Origin: an uncultured bacterium
Lineage (GTDB): Bacteria; Verrucomicrobiota; Verrucomicrobiia; Verrucomicrobiales; DEV007
Assembly: GCA_963977015.1 (NCBI GenBank)
Contig: CAXBMO010000010.1
Coordinates: forward strand, 64,001-128,000
DNA length: 64,000 nucleotides
Direction of reading: 5' to 3'
Below are positions 18,693 to 28,036 of the stretch, piece by piece (position 1 is the stretch's first letter; every line of letters begins with the position of its first letter). Under the pieces are notes generated by a model, which had not been told where the DNA came from, made no database searches, and worked only from the letters and a program-made list of their open reading frames with translations. The position numbers and the translations under genes are program-made.

Positions 18693-20069
18693 ATGAGAAA
18701 ATTCCCACCATGGGTCCAGATTCTTACCGCTTTGGCGTTAGGCGCCATTTTTGGCGGATTTATCAACTATCTGTCGACAACCGCAGCGAGCGATCCTGAT
18801 TCCGCAGGAGTTCGTTTTTCTCAAACCTATATTGGGATCGCAGACTACGTCGGCGGACTGTTCATGTCCGCTTTGAAGATGATCATTGTTCCCCTGATTT
18901 TTTCTTCCGTTGTCGTGGGAATCGCGGGGGTCGGCAATCAAAAGGGATTCGGGCGCCGAGGGCTCAAAACCCTGCTGTATTACGTTTCGACCAGTTTCTT
19001 CGCGATCCTGATTGGTCTGACCTTCGTCAATCTGGTGAAGCCGGGATTTGTCGATGGAAAGCCGAATCCGGAGATTCGGGAAATGATTGAAGGCAGCGCC
19101 GACTCACTTGAAGAACGGGTTGCGGCAAAAGTGGCGGGTCAGGATCGAGAGTCTCTGAATTCTGTGTGGGACATCTTTGCTCGAATGGTCCCCAGCAACA
19201 TTACGGAAGTCTTCGCCGACAATGGGCGCATGTTGGCGCTGATCTTCGTCAGTTTGCTGGTAGGATTCGGGATCCTGCATGTCAGCGAGGCGGCGCGAAC
19301 CAGTCTGCTGGGAGTTTTCAAATCGGTGAACGAGTTGATGGTGCTGTTGACAGGGTGGATCATGGTTTTGGCACCGATTGGCGTTTTCGCGCTGGTGACC
19401 GAGACGTTCGCCACCAGTGGGTTCGAGATCATTGGTTTGGTGGCCAAGTATTTTGTTGTCGTCCTCCTCGCTCTCGCGACCCACATGTTCGTGATTTTGC
19501 CGCTCATCTTGAAGTACGTGGCGAAAGTCAGCCCCCTCAAGCATTTCATGGCGATGCGAAATGCGCTTTTGACCGCGTTCTCGACCTCTTCCTCGTCGGC
19601 AACCTTGCCGATTACGATTCGCGCGGTTCGCGAAAATGTGGGCGTTTCGGATCGCACGGCGAGTTTTGTGCTACCGCTGGGGGCGACCGTAAATATGGAC
19701 GGAACGGCGCTCTATGAATGCGTAGCCGTTATTTTTGTGGCGCAAGTAATGGGAGCTCAGCTCGCCGTTTCCCAGCAGCTGACCGTCGTGCTTTTGGCGT
19801 TGTTGACGAGTATTGGAGTTGCCGGCGTGCCTTCAGCCAGTTTGGTTGCCATTGTCATCATCGTCCACAACGTCCTGGTTCCAATTATTGGAGCGAGTGC
19901 CGATGCGGTGATTGGCCTGCTTCTTGCTGTTGATCGTCTTTTGGATATGTCTCGAACCGCAGTCAACGTCTTCAGTGATTCTTGTGGAGCGTTGGTTGTC
20001 GCCAAACTGGAAGGAGAAACTGGATTACTCGAGGATCCAATGCATACCGCTCACGCGAACCCTAATTGA
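18693..20069 (+). CDS. Dicarboxylate/amino acid:cation symporter (GltP/DAACS family)
   Basis: AFSTSSSSATLP, LPLGATVNMDGTALYE, AVDRLLDMSRTAVNVFSD. Confidence 0.93.
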   Translation: MRKFPPWVQILTALALGAIFGGFINYLSTTAASDPDSAGVRFSQTYIGIADYVGGLFMSALKMIIVPLIFSSVVVGIAGVGNQKGFGRRGLKTLLYYVSTSFFAILIGLTFVNLVKPGFVDGKPNPEIREMIEGSADSLEERVAAKVAGQDRESLNSVWDIFARMVPSNITEVFADNGRMLALIFVSLLVGFGILHVSEAARTSLLGVFKSVNELMVLLTGWIMVLAPIGVFALVTETFATSGFEIIGLVAKYFVVVLLALATHMFVILPLILKYVAKVSPLKHFMAMRNALLTAFSTSSSSATLPITIRAVRENVGVSDRTASFVLPLGATVNMDGTALYECVAVIFVAQVMGAQLAVSQQLTVVLLALLTSIGVAGVPSASLVAIVIIVHNVLVPIIGASADAVIGLLLAVDRLLDMSRTAVNVFSDSCGALVVAKLEGETGLLEDPMHTAHANPN

Positions 20070-20073
20070 TACC

Positions 20074-20811
20074 ATGTCAGAGGATTTATCGGCCAACGTA
20101 GATACACAGCCTCACAAGCCGAGGAGAGCCCGGTATTTTGTGACCGGTTTGTTCACCGTCATCCCTTTGGGGGTCACCGCGATCATTCTTTACTACCTCG
20201 TCAAAGGTCTTTCGCGGATTGGCAGCAAACCGGCGGAATTGGTTCAGAATCGACTCGAAAAGTCGTTTGGAGGAGGGGATCCGGAAGGATTGATGCGCTT
20301 CATCACGACGGAGTGGTTTCGAGACTGCATGGCCGTTTTGATCGTGATCGCGTTGGTCTACTTTTTGGGGATGCTGACGAGCAACCTGGTAGGACGCAAA
20401 CTGGTGAAGCTCTTTGAGTGGTTCATGGACCGGATTCCTTTTGTCCGGTCCATTTACGGGGGGATGCGAAAGCTGGTGGATTTGCTGCAGCAGGACACCG
20501 GGGCTGATGTGCAACGGGTCGTTTTGATTGAGTTTCCCAGTTCGGAAATGAAGGCGGTGGGGTTGGTGACCCGCACCTTTGCCGATAAGGACACGGGCCG
20601 GAAGTTGGCCGCGGTTTACGTGCCCACCACGCCGAACCCGACCAATGGCTACGTCGAGATCGTGCCGGTGGATCGCATTATCTCAACGAATTGGTCCTTT
20701 GATGAAGCGATCTCCTTCATCGTTTCGGGAGGCGCGGTCGCTCCGGATCAGATTCCCTATTCGAAATCGGAAGGGAAGTTGCTCGAACCCAAGGTCGAGC
20801 CTAAGCCGTAA
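20074..20811 (+). CDS. DUF502 membrane protein
   Basis: YFVTGL, RIPFVRSIY, VYVPTTPNPTNGY, IVSGG. Confidence 0.9.
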   Translation: MSEDLSANVDTQPHKPRRARYFVTGLFTVIPLGVTAIILYYLVKGLSRIGSKPAELVQNRLEKSFGGGDPEGLMRFITTEWFRDCMAVLIVIALVYFLGMLTSNLVGRKLVKLFEWFMDRIPFVRSIYGGMRKLVDLLQQDTGADVQRVVLIEFPSSEMKAVGLVTRTFADKDTGRKLAAVYVPTTPNPTNGYVEIVPVDRIISTNWSFDEAISFIVSGGAVAPDQIPYSKSEGKLLEPKVEPKP

Positions 20812-21973
20812 GCTGCGGCAGGAGAATCACGATCACCAGATTGAGAATTCCGACGAGGGCTGCGACCAGGATCAGGCTGGAAATGAGGACGAATCCAGCC
20901 TCAAACCCGACGAGAAGACGCAGGGTGGTTTGATCCGTTCCCAGGTTTGCGAGGCTTTCGAATTCCCGCGCTCGCAACCGGTGGGAGAGAACAAAAACGA
21001 GCGCGGCAATCAGGGATGCAGCGACAGCAACTGCGATGAGTGACGCGATCACCAGATTGCGGATCTGAAAGACCGTATTGAACAACTCCACCATCACCTG
21101 GTCCGGGCGGACGAGTTGGCCCGGGGCTGAGTCGGTCTGATAGCGGCCCAGCAAGATTGTCTCCGCCTTTTGGTCGCGAGGGATGATGATCGCGGCGGAG
21201 ATCGGAAGATCGCCGGGATCACCATGAAAATGGAAGCTCTTCACGTTGTCCGCGGTGATTTCCGTGAACTCGACAATTTTCGCGTTGATCGCCGTATTGT
21301 TCCCTTCCACATCGAGGATCTCGGATTCGGTGGCCTCATTGTGCCCGTGGGCGATACCTTCAATCACCCACGTTGTCTTGAGGTCACAGAAAATGGCACG
21401 ATCGTCGGAACTTCCCGATGGAGCCAGAACTCCGGTGATTCGCATTTTGAGCGGATAAACACCCGCGATATCAAAGGTCTGTTCCGGAGTCGAGGAGATG
21501 GTATCTCCGGGGCCGAGTTGGAGTTTCTGGGCAACTTCCGCCCCAAGCACGCAGTCTCCCAATCGTCCAAAAAGCCGGCCATCAGCGATCTCGAGGTCGC
21601 GAAATCGAAAGTAGTCAATGGAGGTTCCGACAATCCGATGTTTGCGCGCCTGGTAGCGAGCGTAGATCGGGATGTAGCGTCCCATGCCCTGGTCGGTTGC
21701 TTCCGCGGCCAGATTGGAAGTGATGTTCACCACATCAGGCTTGGAAAAATAGAGGCCGTTGAAAACCAGTTCCAAAGGGCTGCCGTGGCCGCCCAGCAAG
21801 AGCGGAGTCGCTTCAGCACGAGAACGCAGGTGAGCTTCCGCTTTGTGAACCAAGAGAAAAATTCCAATTGGCAGGAAAAGGCTCAACGTGATCGCGGAGA
21901 TCAAGAGGATGGCTTTCCCGCGATGTTGCAGGAGGTATCGCCAGCCAAGGTAGAGAATTCCGCGCAGGTTCAT
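20801..21973 (-). CDS. ABC transporter permease (MacB/FtsX-like)
   Basis: N-terminal TM, large periplasmic domain, C-terminal TMs with RAREFESLANLG; overlaps ATPase stop. Confidence 0.85.
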   Translation of the reverse strand: MNLRGILYLGWRYLLQHRGKAILLISAITLSLFLPIGIFLLVHKAEAHLRSRAEATPLLLGGHGSPLELVFNGLYFSKPDVVNITSNLAAEATDQGMGRYIPIYARYQARKHRIVGTSIDYFRFRDLEIADGRLFGRLGDCVLGAEVAQKLQLGPGDTISSTPEQTFDIAGVYPLKMRITGVLAPSGSSDDRAIFCDLKTTWVIEGIAHGHNEATESEILDVEGNNTAINAKIVEFTEITADNVKSFHFHGDPGDLPISAAIIIPRDQKAETILLGRYQTDSAPGQLVRPDQVMVELFNTVFQIRNLVIASLIAVAVAASLIAALVFVLSHRLRAREFESLANLGTDQTTLRLLVGFEAGFVLISSLILVAALVGILNLVIVILLPQLTA

Positions 21974-22629
21974 GACATCAGGGATGGCAGGTTGACCGTT
22001 CGCTCGAAATTTCCAAGAAGCTGGTGATCGTGAGTCACCATCAACAAGGTTGCCTTCTGTGCCTTGGCCTGACCAATGAGCAGGTCCACAATCCGTTGCT
22101 GATTGTCAGGATCGAGGCTGCCGGTGGGCTCATCGGCGAGGAGAAGCTTGGGACGAGTGATCAAGGCGCGACAAATCGCGACCCGCTGGCGTTCCCCCTG
22201 CGACAGCTGTTTTGGGTAAGCCTCGAGCAGCGCTGAAATCCCCGTTTCGCGGGCCAGGGAGTCCACCCGCTCGTGGAGATTCTCATTCGAGCTGAGCTTG
22301 GACGTCAGGTGAAACGGAAGGAGGATGTTGTCCCGGGCGGAAAGGTAGTCGAGCAACTCAAACTCCTGGAAAACCAGGCCAATGCTGGAGATTCGGAACT
22401 GGCGAATCTGGTGCTCGCTCAAGTCCGTCAACGACTCTCCCAAGACACGGAGATTTCCGTCCTGAGGACGCAAGATTCCTGCGATGAGACGAAGCAGGGT
22501 CGTTTTGCCGCAACCACTTGGGCCAACCACCGCAATGGTCTCCTCTTCTGCGGCAGCAAACTCACGAACCTGAAATTGGAAGCGTTCGTTGGGATAGCGA
22601 AAGCGGATGTTGTTCAACACCAGGGTCAC
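21970..22629 (-). CDS. ABC transporter ATP-binding protein (LolD/MacB-like)
   Basis: GPSGCGKT, LSQGERQRVA, LLADEPTGSLD, VTHD. Confidence 0.95.
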   Translation of the reverse strand: MTLVLNNIRFRYPNERFQFQVREFAAAEEETIAVVGPSGCGKTTLLRLIAGILRPQDGNLRVLGESLTDLSEHQIRQFRISSIGLVFQEFELLDYLSARDNILLPFHLTSKLSSNENLHERVDSLARETGISALLEAYPKQLSQGERQRVAICRALITRPKLLLADEPTGSLDPDNQQRIVDLLIGQAKAQKATLLMVTHDHQLLGNFERTVNLPSLMS

Positions 22630-23828
22630 AGTCTTCCTTCTTCAACAATTTCCAGTTCGGTAAGCTTCCAGGTCTCCCCGCGCGGTTCAATCACAAGCCA
22701 GGCATGGTAGAAATTGGGGCGTTTGTGAGTATGTCCCCAATGCGTCACTTCCCCCACGGCACGCCATTCGACATCGGCGCGAAACCCCTCGCGTTCCTCG
22801 ATCGGTTCGGCAAAGGTTTCGCGAAGATCGACGGTCGTCACCTTGACCCGCGGGCCGCCCTGATCTTCCAATTCCAACCCTCGCCGGATTTCCAGGTAAA
22901 TCTGTTCGAGGAGAGCGCCATCGACGGACGCCGCCAACGTGTCGTAGATCTTTGATTCATCGCGGTAATCAAAGGCGTGGTAAATATTTCTCAGCAACGC
23001 GTAAACGACTTCATCGACATAGGTTTCCTCATAGGCGGGCAGATCGCTGATTTCTTGCTCCAGTGGAACCCTTCCAAATCCCCAGAGAAGCGGGGCTCCC
23101 ACCAAGCAAAGCACCGCCGCGATCCCCAGTGGCAGATTCGCTCGTGGCGGTGCCAGGCGTCCCACGATGCCAATCAACAGGGCGCACCCCATCAAAACGA
23201 GGCTGGGAATGGGGAGTTCGGTCGGCCCGGTCTCGGCGCTGGCCACTACGGCGGGAACGGGAAGCAAAGTCGGCAGTTTGGCATTGGCCGGGACGTTCCA
23301 CTGTTGTTTTTGATTGGCCTCGGAAAAGGCGAGCGTCGCTTTCCCCGCGCCGGTGACGAACACAACCGGCACCTGCAGATCGGGACGAGGGAAAAAATCC
23401 CAGGTGAGTTCCAAAACCTCGGGATAGCCATTGGTGGGGACCGCATAGACCGCCGCAATCATCGCCTCCGCGACCGCGATCTCCGCGCGATCGTCGGGAA
23501 TGACGCCGAGTTCGTCCGCAATGCGCACAAACTGAATGCGGTCCAACTTCAGATTTGCCGGGGAGCCATCCATGGTCAGCGGGCTGGCCTGATCAAACTT
23601 CTCCTGAAATTCGGCGAGAATCGCTTCGCGTTGTTCCTGTTTGATCACGTCTCCCAGTTCCGCAGCTGCCTGCCACTTGGGATAGGCGCGGAGGTAGACC
23701 GCAAACTCTTTTCTCAATTCAAAGGGTTCAACGTAGACGTATCCATGAACATCCTCGGTCGGCACCTGGGCCTGCACCGGGATGGCAAAGAGAAGGAGAA
23801 AAAGTTGGGGGATGAGCCAGCGAGTCAC
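22626..23828 (-). CDS. Hypothetical membrane protein, first gene of the ABC operon
   Basis: Signal peptide, two central TM helices, C-terminal GEVTHWGHTH motif; 4-nt overlap with the ATPase. Confidence 0.8.
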   Translation of the reverse strand: MTRWLIPQLFLLLFAIPVQAQVPTEDVHGYVYVEPFELRKEFAVYLRAYPKWQAAAELGDVIKQEQREAILAEFQEKFDQASPLTMDGSPANLKLDRIQFVRIADELGVIPDDRAEIAVAEAMIAAVYAVPTNGYPEVLELTWDFFPRPDLQVPVVFVTGAGKATLAFSEANQKQQWNVPANAKLPTLLPVPAVVASAETGPTELPIPSLVLMGCALLIGIVGRLAPPRANLPLGIAAVLCLVGAPLLWGFGRVPLEQEISDLPAYEETYVDEVVYALLRNIYHAFDYRDESKIYDTLAASVDGALLEQIYLEIRRGLELEDQGGPRVKVTTVDLRETFAEPIEEREGFRADVEWRAVGEVTHWGHTHKRPNFYHAWLVIEPRGETWKLTELEIVEEGRL

Positions 23829-23947
23829 GAGAAAAGGTTTGCACGAGATTGTCGCAGGCTTCTGCGAGGTTCAACTGGGAAATCGGAATCTCATCGCGCA
23901 GCTTGCTGAGAGGATAAATCCGGGTTCATTGATGGAAACTGCTGGTT

Positions 23948-24439
23948 ATGAAAATCCCTCTGCTCTTTACCGCGTTTCTGGTTCTCTCCTCCACAGCATT
24001 TGCCATTCCGGATTCCTTTGGCGGCTTTTTCATCAATCCCGCCGGTGCCCGGCTCGAAGACGTTGCCAACCGAAAAGCGACTTGGGAACCGAATGGTGAA
24101 CTGAAAGGAAAATGGGGACTGTGGAAGGAATCCGACAATCACGATACCAGTCTGGAGATTCAGCGCCTGGAGATGCGGGCGATCGTCTTCGGCGTCGAAG
24201 CAAAGCAGGTGACGGTTCACAAGCGTGATAATCGGAATGTGAGATTCGAGATCCATTATCCTGCCAGTGAACAAAATCCCGGTCGAACCACGCGCCAGGT
24301 TCTTGCGAACATTCGGGCGTGGAGTGGGGCCGACCTCTCACCCCAGAATCCGGCGATCGCCTTTGAGAATCTGGAAGTGAGCATCGGCCGACTTTCCGAC
24401 GGAGGGTTGCAGGTTTTTTTGGAGCCCCGTAATTCGTGA
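23948..24439 (+). CDS. Hypothetical secreted protein
   Basis: Signal peptide MKIPLLFTAFLVLSSTAFA; overlaps the next gene by 4 nt. Confidence 0.7.
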   Translation: MKIPLLFTAFLVLSSTAFAIPDSFGGFFINPAGARLEDVANRKATWEPNGELKGKWGLWKESDNHDTSLEIQRLEMRAIVFGVEAKQVTVHKRDNRNVRFEIHYPASEQNPGRTTRQVLANIRAWSGADLSPQNPAIAFENLEVSIGRLSDGGLQVFLEPRNS

Positions 24440-25626
24440 AAAAGTGGCTGCTGCTGTGGTGTTTGGGGACGGCAATCGGGGGTTCGGCTGAATTTCCAGT
24501 TCGGCAGGCCCTGACGGATTCCACAACGTGGGCGAACCCGGACTTCCTCCAGATTTGGCAGCCCCAATCCGCAGTCACCCGGATTTCCTCCAAGCATTGG
24601 CCCGAACCTGAGCCGGTTTTTGGACATCAACCCCATGCGATCACGGCGAGATTCGTGGACGGCGCCATTCAGTCGATCACCCTGCTGTTTCTGGATTCCG
24701 GAACGCACTTTGGTTACGTGCCTCGCGAGAATGCCGCGAAAACTCAGGAAGAACATCGGGAATCGTTTCGCACCCGGGTTGAGGAAACCGCGCGGGACGT
24801 GGAAGCTGGGTTAATTTTGCTGGCGAAAAGTGCGAACGGAGATGTTGGAATTCTCGGCGAAAACCAGCTTCTGAAACAGCGCGTGAAGCTCTTTCAATTG
24901 GGGGATCTGACGGCACGTCTGCATTACCTTGAGGAGCAGTTGGTGAAGGTGACGCTGTTTCCCGAGGACAAGCCGGCGCAAACCTGGCTCAGTGGAGCCC
25001 GATTAGGAAGCGAGAAAGCCGCTTGGGCGGAACTGATCGCTTCAAGGGTGAAGATTCAGGAAAATGGGGATCGGGTTTTGTCTCAGGTTCCGATGTTTCC
25101 TCAGGGCGACCGCGCGTATTGCGGGGTGTCGTCGTTGGCGATGACCGTTCAATACCTTGGCCTGGCGATGGAAACGGAAGATCTCGCGGCCGCAGCAGGA
25201 ATTCGATATGGCAGCACTCGCGGCGCCCGAATTCGCGAAGTCTATCAAGCGGCGTTTTATGAACTGGGAATGCGGCTGCCGCGTCGCGAGGTTTTCGATT
25301 TTGAAAAGGCCGTTGAAACGATCGATGCAGGCATTCCCGTTATCGTCTGGCGCCGGTGGCGTGCCGAACGCGATTACCTTCACACGCAATTCGCGCGACG
25401 TTTTCAAAGCGACCCAACCCTGGAATTGCCGCTCCCGGATGAGGGCGATCGAGAATTTTGGCCGCAGCCGTCAGACTACAATCATGCCTCCGTCATCACC
25501 GGTTACAACGGCGATCGCGGTGAAGTGATATTCACGGAAAGCTGGGGCGAACGCGTCCGAAACCGGCGAATGCGGGTCGAGGAGATGAAGGCGACGAGCT
25601 ACTACTCGTTCTACCCCGCTTTTTGA
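24436..25626 (+). CDS. Secreted C39-like cysteine peptidase-domain protein
   Basis: PMFPQGDRAYCG (Cys), IDAGIPVIVW, NHASVITGYN (His), FTESWG. Confidence 0.75.
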   Translation: MKKWLLLWCLGTAIGGSAEFPVRQALTDSTTWANPDFLQIWQPQSAVTRISSKHWPEPEPVFGHQPHAITARFVDGAIQSITLLFLDSGTHFGYVPRENAAKTQEEHRESFRTRVEETARDVEAGLILLAKSANGDVGILGENQLLKQRVKLFQLGDLTARLHYLEEQLVKVTLFPEDKPAQTWLSGARLGSEKAAWAELIASRVKIQENGDRVLSQVPMFPQGDRAYCGVSSLAMTVQYLGLAMETEDLAAAAGIRYGSTRGARIREVYQAAFYELGMRLPRREVFDFEKAVETIDAGIPVIVWRRWRAERDYLHTQFARRFQSDPTLELPLPDEGDREFWPQPSDYNHASVITGYNGDRGEVIFTESWGERVRNRRMRVEEMKATSYYSFYPAF

Positions 25627-25632
25627 GTGGCG

Positions 25633-27000
25633 TTAGAAGGATTCCGATTCGCGCTGCCAGGGCGCCTTGCCTGCCAGGTTCACGTGTTTCAGGAGTTCGT
25701 TGAAGAGCTCTTGGTATTTTTGGGGAGCCTTTTCGCGGGGAACCGAGGTCGTTTCGCCAGTATCATTGCCGACATGGAACAATTGGTAGGGCTCGAATGG
25801 TGTGTTGCGCAGGAGCTTCCAGTCTCCGATCCGCGCGGCATGGTAGGGGATGCCGCCGTATTTGGTTCCGCCCTCAAGCCGAACCCAGAAGAGTGGCCGG
25901 GCCAGATCTGTCTCAAACGGTTGCCCCAGCAAAAGTGGGGAAAACGATTCGCCGTCGATCGCATGGGAAAATTTCGCGCCTGCGATCTCGGCAAGGGTCG
26001 GATAAAAATCCATCGTGATTCCCAGATGATTGGATCGCGTGCCCGCAGCGATTTTGCCGGGCCAGACCGCACACGTGGAAACGCGAATGCCGCCCTCCCA
26101 CATTTCCTGTTTTCCGCCACGAAGAGGCAGATTGCGTGCTCCGACGTTGCTTTGACCTCCGTTGTCCGAGGTGAAAACGATCAACGTTTCTTCGCGCAGC
26201 TTCAACTCGTCCAGCTTGGCCACGACCTGCCCAATTCCATGATCCAGGTGTTCGATCAGGGCGACCAGTTTCGCTCGCCTGTCGGTCATTCCGGCTTCGC
26301 GAGCCTTCACCTTTTCCAACCAATCCTGAGGCGGCTGAATCGGCGTATGAGGCGCGTTGTAAGCCAAAAATAGAAACCAGGGTTGGTCCGGTGCCACGGA
26401 TTCACGCTCATTGATGTAATCGATCGACCACTGCGAGAACAGATCCGTCGCGTGTCCCTCCGGATGAATCAGGTCGTCATTCAGCCGCATGTATTCGATG
26501 CCGTGACGCTTGTGCTCGTAATAGTCGTCCATCATGTCACCGAGCCAGCCATGAAAGTGGTCGAATCCGCGATCGTGAGGGCGATCCGGCTTCTCCAAAC
26601 CCAGGTGCCATTTGCCAACCAAGGCCGTGTGGTAACCCGCGCTTTTCAAAACCGCAGGCAACAGCGGGACATCTTCCCTCAGTTTTCCCCAACTGGTGGG
26701 CCTTCCCTCCAGCGGTGTGCGGATGACCCCGGGGACACCGGATTTGTCCGGATACATTCCGGTCATGAACGAGGCGCGGGTCGGAGAGCAAACCGGACAA
26801 TTCGCATAGAATTGATCGAACCGCATTCCTTCGGCCATGAGGTTGTCGATGTTTGGCGATTTCAGGTCAGGCGTGCCATAGCTCGACAGGTCGCCATATC
26901 CCAAGTCGTCCACCATAATGAACAAGATGTTCGGTTGCGAAGCTGAAGCCGTGAGAGCCAGACAGAATACGGCAAGGGAAAGGAAGAGGGGTTTGATCAT
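25633..27000 (-). CDS. Formylglycine-dependent sulfatase
   Basis: Signal peptide; PNILFIMVDDLG; CSPTRASFMTG; GKWHLG; FTSDNG; WEGGIRV. Confidence 0.95.
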   Translation of the reverse strand: MIKPLFLSLAVFCLALTASASQPNILFIMVDDLGYGDLSSYGTPDLKSPNIDNLMAEGMRFDQFYANCPVCSPTRASFMTGMYPDKSGVPGVIRTPLEGRPTSWGKLREDVPLLPAVLKSAGYHTALVGKWHLGLEKPDRPHDRGFDHFHGWLGDMMDDYYEHKRHGIEYMRLNDDLIHPEGHATDLFSQWSIDYINERESVAPDQPWFLFLAYNAPHTPIQPPQDWLEKVKAREAGMTDRRAKLVALIEHLDHGIGQVVAKLDELKLREETLIVFTSDNGGQSNVGARNLPLRGGKQEMWEGGIRVSTCAVWPGKIAAGTRSNHLGITMDFYPTLAEIAGAKFSHAIDGESFSPLLLGQPFETDLARPLFWVRLEGGTKYGGIPYHAARIGDWKLLRNTPFEPYQLFHVGNDTGETTSVPREKAPQKYQELFNELLKHVNLAGKAPWQRESESF

Positions 27001-27135
27001 TTCCCGAACATGAACTGAGTCAAATTCAGGTCAAGTGAGATGGCGAAATGACCTGTTTATAGGCACGCGTTTGGGGAAATTGAGGCAACTCCGCCAAGAA
27101 TTTGCGATTCGAGATGACCCATATACTGTCACGCC

Positions 27136-28026
27136 ATGTCCCTTCGTCTTGAGATGTTGCAAGTAGCGCGACTGGCTCCCTCCTTACTGGGAGACGCGGT
27201 TGAGTTGATCGAAGGATTCGTGCGTGGAAGCCAAAATGAGGACGGCGGCTTCGGCGATCGCGATGGAAAGAGTGATCTCTATTACACGAGTTTTGCGATT
27301 GATGCCCTGACCGCCCTGCAAAAGGATTTGCCGGAATCGCAGATCGCGGATTTCCTCAACCATTTTGGAGACGGGGAGGGATTGGACTTTGTGCACTTGT
27401 GTTGCTTGGCGCGTTGTTGGTCCGCGTTGAAGTCCGAAACGGTCAATTCGGCTGATTTGGAGGGAATTTTTGGCCGAATTGAGGAGTTTCGAACGCCGGA
27501 AGGCGGCTACGAGCAGTCGCCGACGGCTCAGCATGGTTCCTGTTATGGATGTTTGTTGGCTTATGGCGCCTATGCCGATCACCAGCGAACGCCTCCCAGT
27601 CTGGACGGACTAACGAAGTGTCTCGACGGCCTCCGAACCAGCGAAGGTGCCTGGGCCAACGACACCAACATCCCGATCGGTTCGGGGCCTGCAACTGCGG
27701 CGGCGGTCACTCTTTGTCGGAATTTGCGGCATCCTATGGCCAGCGAGGAGACTGCCAATGCCCTCATGCAATGCTTTGATGTGGAGAGTGGAGGCTTCAA
27801 GGCGATTCCCAATGCTCCGATGCCGGATTTGCTTTCTACCGCGGTGATTCTGCACGCCTTAGACGGATTGCAGGCCCCCTTGGCAAAGCTCAAAGAGCCA
27901 TGTCTGGATTTCATCGATACGCTTTGGACGAACGAAGGCGGGTTCCATGGAACCTGGGCCGATGATGCCCTCGATGTGGAATACACGTATTACGGGTTGC
28001 TAGCCTTGGGACATTTGGCACTGTAA
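27136..28026 (+). CDS. Prenyltransferase/squalene-oxidase repeat protein
   Basis: QNEDGGFG, DLYYT, GGFKA...DLLSTA, GGFHG...DVEYTYYGL repeats. Confidence 0.85.
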   Translation: MSLRLEMLQVARLAPSLLGDAVELIEGFVRGSQNEDGGFGDRDGKSDLYYTSFAIDALTALQKDLPESQIADFLNHFGDGEGLDFVHLCCLARCWSALKSETVNSADLEGIFGRIEEFRTPEGGYEQSPTAQHGSCYGCLLAYGAYADHQRTPPSLDGLTKCLDGLRTSEGAWANDTNIPIGSGPATAAAVTLCRNLRHPMASEETANALMQCFDVESGGFKAIPNAPMPDLLSTAVILHALDGLQAPLAKLKEPCLDFIDTLWTNEGGFHGTWADDALDVEYTYYGLLALGHLAL

Positions 28027-28036
28027 GCGCCCTAAC

